Assembly (NCBI GenBank): GCA_947174275.1
Contig: CAMWIJ010000004.1
Coordinates: 2,512 to 66,511 of the forward strand
Length of the DNA: 64,000 nucleotides
Source: an uncultured Muribaculaceae bacterium
GTDB taxonomy: Bacteria; Bacteroidota; Bacteroidia; Bacteroidales; Muribaculaceae
Reading direction: 5' to 3'
Positions 56,364-64,000 of the stretch are shown here, one piece after another. Both the position numbers and the translations under genes were made by a program. Below the pieces are notes generated by a model. That model worked only from the letters and a program-made list of their open reading frames with translations, had not been told where the DNA came from and ran no database searches. Positions within the stretch are counted from its first letter, which is position 1. Every line of letters starts with the position of its first letter.

Positions 56364-57029
56364 ATGAAGAAACTCATCATCTCCATGCTCGCACTCGGCG
56401 CAGCGATATCATCATCTGCACAGGCCGACCTGCTCGATAACCCCGACAACCACGCCTACTTCGGCGCACGCCTCTCGCTTGACATCTCGTCAACAGCCGA
56501 CGGCAACGACTACTACTCCAACGGCGCAGGCTTCAGCGTCGGTGCTGTCTACAACATCCCGTTGTATATGAACCTCTACTTCGAGCCCGGCCTATCCATA
56601 TTTTACGACACATTCGGCACAGAAACATTAGCAAACGCCCCTGACGGAACACCCGCCGGAACAATCGACGGTTCAATCCGCAACTTCGGCTTCCGAATTC
56701 CCCTCGTCGCCGGATATCACTTCGACTTCACTGACGACATGCAGTTTTCAGTATTTACAGGTCCGCAGATCAACCTCAGCTTAATGGCCAAAGAGCACTT
56801 CTTGGGAAAATCAAATTCTATTTTCGGCGACCAAGGCTTCAAACACGCCGACCTGCAATGGGCGATCGGCGTAGGCCTTTCATGGCAAAAATACTACATC
56901 TCCATGTCAGGAGGCTTAGGCATGACAAAAGCTCGTGACTGGAGCATACGCGACAACAACGGAACCATTCTCTACGAAGACTCATTCCGCCGCAACAACT
57001 TCAGCATAGCCATCGGCTACAACTTCTGA
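56364..57029 (+). CDS. Porin-family / PorT-like outer-membrane beta-barrel protein
   Basis: Signal peptide, YFEPGL, RIP...GYHF, TGP and C-terminal IAIGYNF. Confidence 0.82.
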   Translation: MKKLIISMLALGAAISSSAQADLLDNPDNHAYFGARLSLDISSTADGNDYYSNGAGFSVGAVYNIPLYMNLYFEPGLSIFYDTFGTETLANAPDGTPAGTIDGSIRNFGFRIPLVAGYHFDFTDDMQFSVFTGPQINLSLMAKEHFLGKSNSIFGDQGFKHADLQWAIGVGLSWQKYYISMSGGLGMTKARDWSIRDNNGTILYEDSFRRNNFSIAIGYNF

Positions 57030-57057
57030 TCCTACCAAATGCAATCGCAGCAACGAA

Positions 57058-57096
57058 AAAAAAGAAACGGGAGCGTTTTGCCCCCGTTTCTTTTTT
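57058..57096. terminator. Bidirectional intrinsic terminator
   Basis: aaaaaagaaacggg / cccgtttctttttt between convergent genes. Confidence 0.85.
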
Positions 57097-57107
57097 CATT
57101 GCTGACC

Positions 57108-57299
57108 TTACATTCTCGGATCAGGATTATCCGACACACATATCCAGAAAAGCACATACGCCAGAATGCCGACGCCGCAGAATGCCGCCACCGCCCATGC
57201 TATCCTGATTATCACAGGGTCGATATCAAAATATTCACCCAGCCCGCCACACACTCCGGCGATACGTCGGTCAATATTCGAACGATACAATCTTCTCAT
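57108..57299 (-). CDS. PspC-domain protein
   Basis: RLYRSNIDRRIAGVCGGLGEYFDIDPVIIRI...Y...WI is a PspC signature. Confidence 0.92.
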   Translation of the reverse strand: MRRLYRSNIDRRIAGVCGGLGEYFDIDPVIIRIAWAVAAFCGVGILAYVLFWICVSDNPDPRM

Positions 57300-57343
57300 A
57301 ATATATTGTTATTTAATTTTGTCGTAAAAATTATTTTAGAGTT

Positions 57344-58996
57344 TTACTTATACAGATAACGCTTTATCGACTGCTTCGGAGTCTTTTCAAACGGCTCCTC
57401 ACGCAGTTCTATCGACGACACCTTAGAATATCCCGGAAGCTCACGGTTGAGTGTCACAAGATTGTAATCCATCAGACTGTCGATTTTCTCTTTCGGCAGA
57501 TGCGCATGCCGGGCTGCCTCCTCGTCAGGATAGACAAGCGCCACGAGTCGTCCGTCACGCTCAACCACAATACTCTCTGCCACAAACGGCAGATGATTGA
57601 GCTTGTTTTCAATCTCCTCCGGATATATGTTCTGACCGCTCGGGCCGAGTATCATGCTCTTGTCACGTCCCTTTATGAAAAGATATCCGTCATTGTCAAG
57701 AATGCATATATCGCCGGTGTTCATCCAGCCGTCATCAAACACTGCATCCGTAGCCTCCTGATTTTTATAATACCCCTGCATCACGTTGTCACCCTTGACC
57801 CAGAGCACACCGGGCACTGTCGACGGATCTGGCGACTCCACCCTCGCCTGCATACGGTCAACCACCAGTCCGCACGACCCGGGCTTCTGCCTGTCCCAGA
57901 AACAATAGCTTATCAGCGGAGCGCACTCCGTCATGCCATAGCCCACCGTATACGGAAATTTTATCCGGAGCAGAAACTTCTCGACCGACGGTGCAAGCGC
58001 CGCGCCTCCGATTATAAGCTGATGCAGGTTTCCGCCGAAAGCCTCTATCATCTTGCTCCTCACCTTGCGGTATATGACATCATTGAGCAACGGTATTCGA
58101 GTCGCAACCCTCATCAGCGGGCGCTTAAGCGCGGGAAATATCTTGTTGGTGACGATTTTCTCTATCACCAGAGGCACTGTGACAACCAGCTTTGGTCTTA
58201 TCCTGGAAAATGCGTCAAGCAATATCTTCGGCGACGGCACCTTCCCCAAGAATGTGATGTGGCACCCTTTGAGCAACGGGAAAACCAACTCCACGAGAAG
58301 CCCGAACATGTGAGCCAGCGGAAGCATCGACACCATACCGTCTCCCGGCTCGAAAAACTTGATATTGTCAGTCGAATACCTCGCATTGCTCCACAGATTG
58401 CCATAGCTTATCATCACACCCTTCGACAATCCCGTCGACCCGGAGGTGTAGTTGATTACAGCGAGGTCATCCTTTCCGTCGCGGAAATAGTCACGGTCAA
58501 AATTTTCCGCAGTTATCCCCTCCTGAAAATCCATGTCGACAAGCCTGTCAAGTTCGTCAAAAGCCGTTTTGACCGACGTTGACCGCGACAGCCTCAGACG
58601 CCACGTCTCGATATCGACAAACCCGTCCACATCAGGCATCTGCGACGCGTCAAGACTTTTCCATATCGCCGGGTCAACGAAAAACAGTCGCGCATCGGAG
58701 TGCGATACAAGATGCTGTATGCTGTCGTTGCGGAATTCATTGAGTATCGGCACTGTGACTGCGCCGTAGGTCAATGCCGAAAGAAACACAAGCGCCCAGT
58801 GCGATGAATTTTTCGCACACAGCGCTATCTTGTCGCCGCGCTTTATCCCCGCATGTCGCAACAGCACATGCATTCGCGCTATGCGTTGCGTAAGCTCTGC
58901 GTATGTGATGGCCTCGCCGTTAAGGTCTGACAATGCGTCGACACTCTGATTGCGGCGGAACGACTCCGCCAGATCCATTACCAATGATTGTGTCAT
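57344..58996 (-). CDS. Long-chain fatty acid--CoA ligase (AMP-binding family)
   Basis: YTSGSTGLSKGV, LPLAH, GYGMTE, TGD, GR.KSMI and GQNIYPEEIE. Confidence 0.92.
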   Translation of the reverse strand: MTQSLVMDLAESFRRNQSVDALSDLNGEAITYAELTQRIARMHVLLRHAGIKRGDKIALCAKNSSHWALVFLSALTYGAVTVPILNEFRNDSIQHLVSHSDARLFFVDPAIWKSLDASQMPDVDGFVDIETWRLRLSRSTSVKTAFDELDRLVDMDFQEGITAENFDRDYFRDGKDDLAVINYTSGSTGLSKGVMISYGNLWSNARYSTDNIKFFEPGDGMVSMLPLAHMFGLLVELVFPLLKGCHITFLGKVPSPKILLDAFSRIRPKLVVTVPLVIEKIVTNKIFPALKRPLMRVATRIPLLNDVIYRKVRSKMIEAFGGNLHQLIIGGAALAPSVEKFLLRIKFPYTVGYGMTECAPLISYCFWDRQKPGSCGLVVDRMQARVESPDPSTVPGVLWVKGDNVMQGYYKNQEATDAVFDDGWMNTGDICILDNDGYLFIKGRDKSMILGPSGQNIYPEEIENKLNHLPFVAESIVVERDGRLVALVYPDEEAARHAHLPKEKIDSLMDYNLVTLNRELPGYSKVSSIELREEPFEKTPKQSIKRYLYK

Positions 58997-59105
58997 CTCG
59001 ATAAGTAAGTCGTAAAAATTATTTTATATTATCAGCGAGTGATTTTTCGAGTGATATTTGCCCGATGATGAATATATCCAACTCGTTAGAACTATAAAAA
59101 TCTCT

Positions 59106-59522
59106 TTAGAAACAACCGGTATTGTCGCCGTTTTGTTTGCTTAACGACGCGAGTACTCTCGCCGCAAGCAGCATACCGGCTACAGCCCCGGCGCAATCGG
59201 CTACAAAGTCAAGCAGATCGCCCGAACGCCCGGCTCCCATCGCCATCTGGGCTATCTCCACCAATCCGCCAAACACGGCCGACAACAGCGCGATAAACCA
59301 CGCCTTCCCTCGTGCCACCTGCCCGAAACTGCCCCGGCGCCGTTGAGCCTCATCAATGCAGGCCACAAATGCAAGTCCACCGAACATCACCGCGTGCACT
59401 ACCTTGTCAAGACCGGGTATTTCAACCCCTGCATCAGGCAGCGGACGCGGCACCAGCGTCAGATACAATATCGCCAACACAACCAAAGCGGTAGTAACCC
59501 ACCGCTTTGGCCATAATTTCAT
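59106..59522 (-). CDS. VanZ-family membrane protein
   Basis: DKVVH...F, GGLVEIAQ and RSGDLLDFVAD..G; likely start MKLWPK at 59522. Confidence 0.85.
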   Translation of the reverse strand: MKLWPKRWVTTALVVLAILYLTLVPRPLPDAGVEIPGLDKVVHAVMFGGLAFVACIDEAQRRRGSFGQVARGKAWFIALLSAVFGGLVEIAQMAMGAGRSGDLLDFVADCAGAVAGMLLAARVLASLSKQNGDNTGCF

Positions 59523-59547
59523 TATTTTTGTCAGTGCCGGCATAAAC

Positions 59548-60591
59548 TTACTTGCCGTTGTCAGCCGCCGGAGCAAATGCGTTCTCAAGAATTGCATTAA
59601 GCTCCTCATCCTCGAAGTTACGTCCCACGATTGTTCCGTCGGGAGCAAACAGCATGATGCAAGGTATGCCGAGTATTCCGTAGAGATCGGTCGGTTCCGA
59701 CTGCCCGTTGATTATCTGCTTCCAGGGCAGTTCAAGCTGTGAAATCTTGGCGATGGAGTTCTCCGGCTCGTCCCACACGGCGACACCTACCACCTCAAGT
59801 CCCTTCGGCGCATACTTCGCGTAGATTTCTTTCAGATGAGGCATCTTGCGCATGCACGGCCCGCACCAGCTCGCCCAGAAATCGACAAGAGTGTATTTTC
59901 CTTTGCCGACATAGTCGCTGAGCCGGTGTGTATTGCCGTCGTATGTTACCTCAAAGTCTGTAAACATTTTGCCGGGAGCCGTGGCATCCTGACGTTCAAA
60001 CGTGTTCAACACCTTCTGCACTCGGGTATAACCCTTAAGCGACGGAGTTTTTGCCAATGCGGCGTCCAGCTCCGCGCGATCCATCTCGTAGGCCTTCTGA
60101 AGAAACAGATAGTATCCGATAGGATTATCGATATTAGCGTTCATCATGCTGTCGGTCATAGCGAGATAACTGTTGTAGAGCGCCTCGCGCGCATCGGTTG
60201 AATCCGGCGACAGCGACGAGAATTGTGAGTTCAATTCCATCACTTTGGCGCCATAGCCTGCAAGGCGGTCATTGAGTTCGGTGCCGGTTGCATCGCCGTC
60301 CTTCACCTCGATGTTACCCTTTTCAAGTATAAACATCCCCTTGCGGTCTCCTTCTGTCACAAGACGCACAAACGCAGGAGTCTCAATATTTCCCTCGAAC
60401 ACCGCCTTGCCCGACGCCACCACTGTGGAGTCCATCTTGTCGGAAGTGTCGAAATTGAGCATATACACCATCGCGCCCTCCTCAATAGAAGGATCCTCGA
60501 CAGTCACCTTATAATTGTTAGATTCAGCCTTTGCCGTGCACGCCATCAGAGACAATGCGGCTGCCGATACCAATAATGTCGTTTTCATCAT
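59548..60591 (-). CDS. TlpA-like thiol:disulfide redoxin lipoprotein with DUF4369-like N-terminus
   Basis: Lipobox LMA-C; LSDYVGKGKY.LVDFWASWCGPC and YGI.GIP. Confidence 0.9.
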   Translation of the reverse strand: MMKTTLLVSAAALSLMACTAKAESNNYKVTVEDPSIEEGAMVYMLNFDTSDKMDSTVVASGKAVFEGNIETPAFVRLVTEGDRKGMFILEKGNIEVKDGDATGTELNDRLAGYGAKVMELNSQFSSLSPDSTDAREALYNSYLAMTDSMMNANIDNPIGYYLFLQKAYEMDRAELDAALAKTPSLKGYTRVQKVLNTFERQDATAPGKMFTDFEVTYDGNTHRLSDYVGKGKYTLVDFWASWCGPCMRKMPHLKEIYAKYAPKGLEVVGVAVWDEPENSIAKISQLELPWKQIINGQSEPTDLYGILGIPCIMLFAPDGTIVGRNFEDEELNAILENAFAPAADNGK

Positions 60592-60686
60592 CAATTTTTA
60601 TCTTTTATTCAGTTTTTATAAATTCGTTTTTAATAAGTAAGTCGCATTCATAATATATGAAACAATTTTACGACTTACTTATTATG

Positions 60687-63600
60687 CTACTTCTTCGAGT
60701 CAATCTCCTTGAGCAACTCCTCGACCGCGCGGCGCAGCTGCGTGTCCTCACCTTTTACTATTGTCTCCGGAGAGTTGGCTACTTTGACGTCCGGCTCCAG
60801 CTGCGCATTCTCCAGATAGCTTCCGTCAGGCAGCTCATAGCCCACTACAGGTATACCGAAATAGAGCGACGGATCCTGAAGCGTGACCCAGTTGACCGAT
60901 GTCATCGTTCCGGGCACGGGCATACCCACAAGACGGCCGATGTTGCGGTGCTTGTACACCCACGGTGTGCCGTGAGCATTGGAGTAGCATGCCTCAGCCA
61001 TAACCATGATGGTCGGTTTGTTGTAACGGCGCGAAGGCATGTCGCAGGTCTCGGTTCCGCGTATCACCTGAGTGAAATATTTCTCTCCCGAAAGGAACAC
61101 TTCAACATCTTCATGCAGACGGCCGCCGCCGTTCCAGCGTATGTCAATGACCGCTCCCTCGCAGTTGTTGTATTTGCCAAGCAGGTCGGAATAGAGCGTA
61201 CGGAAACTGTCATCACCCATCGACTCGATATGCACATAACCCAGTCGGCCGTTCGACCACCGCTTCACATCCTCGGCGCGCTGTTTCACCCAGCGTTTGT
61301 AGAGAAGCTCGCTCTCTGTGCCTGCGCTGACAGGTCTTACCACCTCCTCGAATTTATCGCCGGTGGCCGGATCTGTAATGCCTATGAGCGTTTTCTTGCC
61401 GGCAAGATTATTGAGCGCCGTAGTCGCGTCAATATCGTCGCCAAGCTCCTCGCCATTGATTTTCGAGATAACCATACCCTTGCGCAGACGGGTGGTGGCA
61501 TTGTCAAACGGGCCGCCGATGATGATTTCCTCAACCTTCAGGCCCTTTCCGGCATACTCCATGTCATAGAGCAGACCCAGACGGGCGGTGCGGTCAGTGA
61601 TGGCATTGGCTTCTGTGCCACGGTAGCCCGAGCCTGTGTGCGACACATTCAGTTCACCCAGAAGCTCCGACAGCATTTCAGAGAAGTCATAATTGTTGTT
61701 GATATGAGGCAGGAACTTGCGGTAGGCTTTTGTCATGGCATCCCAGTCCACTCCGTGCATATTCTTGTTATAGAACATCTCGCGTTCCGAAATATACACT
61801 TTGTCAAACATCGCCTCGCGTTCGGCGGCGTGGTCGAGTGTCATAGTGCCCGACGCGCTTATCGAGGTCGACTTGTCTGATCCGACATCAATCTTGCGCA
61901 TCTTGCTTCCGCCGATAAACAGTGTCTTGCCATCGGCCGACGGCTGCATCGACGCTGACGGAGCATCTATGCGCACGGCCACCGACGGTGCCGGGTCGCG
62001 CAATTCCATTTTCCAGAGGTCATAACCCTTCTCCACACTCATCAGATAGTAGAGATTTTCGCCATCGTTGTCAACCCATGCGCCTGCAAGGTCGGCAGAA
62101 AATGGCGTAAGACGTTCAACTCTGTCCTCTATGCCGTCAAGTTCAACGACAATATCGTCGGCACTGTCATCGGCATCTTTGTCGCCGTCCTTCTTGTCGG
62201 CATCTTTTTTCTCCTTATTGTCTTTTTTGTCAGCATCCTCCTTCTTCTTGTCTTTCTTGGCCTTCTTCTCAGCCTCCTTGCGAAGCTCCAGATCCTCCTC
62301 GCTGAGATTATACTTGTCGTATGCGTCACGGTTGAGGAACACTATCATGGCGTCATCCTGCGAGCCCCATGAAGCGTGATTACGCATACCGTATTTTTCC
62401 GACAGGAATACTATGGCGTTGCCGCCCATCGCCCAGAGCGGACTGTGATCGGTATATCCCGACCGTGTAAGATGCGTGAGCTCTCCGCTCTCTACATTGA
62501 TTATGGCGATATCGGTGTACGGACTGTGGTGATTGTCGTCAACCTCCAGCGCAATCCATTTGCTGTCGGGCGACCACTGGAAATCAAATCCGCCGTCGCG
62601 GTAGCTGTAGGTCGAGCCGTCAGTGAGCTGCTTCACCTTCTTGCTCTTAGTGTCCATCACCATGAGCTTGTTGCGATCCTGCACAAATGCAAGTTTCTTT
62701 CCGTCAGGCGAGAATTTGGGCACCGTGCGCTCCGTTTTGTCGGCGGCAATCACCGGCTTCTCGTCTATCAGCGTCGCGTTCGAAAAATTCGGGTCATCCT
62801 CGCGTGCGATTTTTGCCGAATAGATATTGTAGTGGCCGTCGCGCATCGATGTATATACAATCTCGCGTCCCTCCGGATGCCACGCCGGCAGCTCTTCGGC
62901 CTCTGGGGTGTCTGTTATCTGCTTCACCGACGAATGCTTCACCGAACCGACAAAAATCTCGCCGCGGCCGGCAAATGCCACCTGACTGCCGTCGGGCGAC
63001 AGCGCGCCGCCGCGACCGCTCACCCTCAGGCGCTCGGTCTCGGGAAATTCCTCCATATTGATATCGACTGCCACCTTGCGGGGTTTGCCTCCGTCGCGGA
63101 GTGTATAAATTTCGCCGTCATAGCCGAACACGAGAGTCCCGTCGGCTGCCTGCGAGAGAAAACGCACTGGATGGGTGGTGAATTTTGTCACCTGCACAGC
63201 CTCTGACATCGCGTCGACCGGAGCTTTCCATACGTTGAATGTTCCGCCGTTGCGTTCCGAAAGGAAATACACTGTCTTGCCGTCGGGCGACAGCACCGGA
63301 TTGCGGTCCTCGCCGGCCCGGTCGGTAAGATTTCTGTGCGTCCCGGTCTTTGCGTCATAACTCCAGATATCACGCGTCACCGACGATGTGTGATGCTTGC
63401 GCCACGCATTCTCAAACCCCTTCACATCCTGATAGAGAAATGAGCCGTCTTTTCCTGTAAAGGCGATAGCCTGAGCCGGAGTGCCGAGCACCTGACGCGG
63501 TTTTCCACCATCCACGCTCACGGCATAAAGCTGCGTCATGCGCGATGACGGAAACATGGCGCTCGACGCCGGTGCCTGCACTGCTGCCGAATAAAACACC

Positions 63601-63959
63601 TTTTTGCCGTCGGCCGAGAAGCTTTCGGGAGTCTCGTTGGCCGAATTCGAGGTCAGACGCACCGGAGTCCCTCCCGTGGCATTCATCACAAATATGTCGA
63701 GATTGCCGTGACGGTCTGAGGCGAATGTGATTTTCTTGCCGTCGGGCGACCATTTGGGCGCCGTCTCATAACTGCCCGAGGTTGTCAGGCGTGTCGCCTC
63801 CCCGCCCTCGACCGGCACAGTGAATATATCCCCTTTATATGTGAAAGCGATTTTCTTGCCGTCGGGCGACACCGCTATATTGCGCATCCAGAGCGGAGCC
63901 GAGGCCGAAGCACCCACCGACATCGCTGCAATCGCACACAGAATAAGTTTCTTTTTCAT
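60687..63959 (-). CDS. Tricorn-like S41-family peptidase (PD40 propellers, PDZ, S41 domain)
   Basis: Signal peptide, repeated WSPDG/FSPDG PD40 motifs, GELNVSH, GYVHI, D.RWNGGG, CYSNAH and G.PVPGT. Confidence 0.93.
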   Translation of the reverse strand: MKKKLILCAIAAMSVGASASAPLWMRNIAVSPDGKKIAFTYKGDIFTVPVEGGEATRLTTSGSYETAPKWSPDGKKITFASDRHGNLDIFVMNATGGTPVRLTSNSANETPESFSADGKKVFYSAAVQAPASSAMFPSSRMTQLYAVSVDGGKPRQVLGTPAQAIAFTGKDGSFLYQDVKGFENAWRKHHTSSVTRDIWSYDAKTGTHRNLTDRAGEDRNPVLSPDGKTVYFLSERNGGTFNVWKAPVDAMSEAVQVTKFTTHPVRFLSQAADGTLVFGYDGEIYTLRDGGKPRKVAVDINMEEFPETERLRVSGRGGALSPDGSQVAFAGRGEIFVGSVKHSSVKQITDTPEAEELPAWHPEGREIVYTSMRDGHYNIYSAKIAREDDPNFSNATLIDEKPVIAADKTERTVPKFSPDGKKLAFVQDRNKLMVMDTKSKKVKQLTDGSTYSYRDGGFDFQWSPDSKWIALEVDDNHHSPYTDIAIINVESGELTHLTRSGYTDHSPLWAMGGNAIVFLSEKYGMRNHASWGSQDDAMIVFLNRDAYDKYNLSEEDLELRKEAEKKAKKDKKKEDADKKDNKEKKDADKKDGDKDADDSADDIVVELDGIEDRVERLTPFSADLAGAWVDNDGENLYYLMSVEKGYDLWKMELRDPAPSVAVRIDAPSASMQPSADGKTLFIGGSKMRKIDVGSDKSTSISASGTMTLDHAAEREAMFDKVYISEREMFYNKNMHGVDWDAMTKAYRKFLPHINNNYDFSEMLSELLGELNVSHTGSGYRGTEANAITDRTARLGLLYDMEYAGKGLKVEEIIIGGPFDNATTRLRKGMVISKINGEELGDDIDATTALNNLAGKKTLIGITDPATGDKFEEVVRPVSAGTESELLYKRWVKQRAEDVKRWSNGRLGYVHIESMGDDSFRTLYSDLLGKYNNCEGAVIDIRWNGGGRLHEDVEVFLSGEKYFTQVIRGTETCDMPSRRYNKPTIMVMAEACYSNAHGTPWVYKHRNIGRLVGMPVPGTMTSVNWVTLQDPSLYFGIPVVGYELPDGSYLENAQLEPDVKVANSPETIVKGEDTQLRRAVEELLKEIDSKK

Positions 63960-64000
63960 GTTGCAGATATTTGAATTATAACAGTTTCGGAATGATAGTT

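Noticed and set aside
57500-61880. Long antisense ORFs (57500-58582 and 60657-61880; also 48726-49628 and 27611-28564)
   Set aside because: They lie opposite well-supported genes and have no motifs; such shadow ORFs are expected from codon bias in GC-rich coding DNA.

Overview
Chromosomal window from a Bacteroidales bacterium, most likely Muribaculaceae (inferred from TAnnTTTG promoters, a SusC/SusD pair, the short T9SS-type C-terminal domain and gene content). It is mostly core genome: gldH (cut by the window edge), ricT, rny, a probable 6S RNA, zapA/zapB, a ClC transporter, guaA, a PHP phosphatase, metA, a U32/RlhA protein, galE, surE, parA/parB, a LysM lytic transglycosylase, queA, ruvC, a Smr protein, a ferredoxin missed by the ORF track, carA/carB, feoAB, an acyl-CoA ligase and a tricorn-like S41 protease. 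Accessory-looking parts are an enzyme-free SusCD plus two-lipoprotein locus with a 21-bp-spaced direct repeat upstream, a large T9SS adhesin-like protein, a tandem beta-barrel/PCMD operon and a small AT-rich patch. The most unusual element is an AT-rich AAA_14/DUF4143 ATPase-nuclease gene (46762-48114) bracketed by 33-bp-period direct repeats: three units upstream overlapping its promoter and two downstream overlapping its stop codon. It looks like a self-contained, recombinase-free cassette. I saw no CRISPR array, tRNA, rRNA, integrase or transposase. All calls come from reading motifs by eye; no database search was run.
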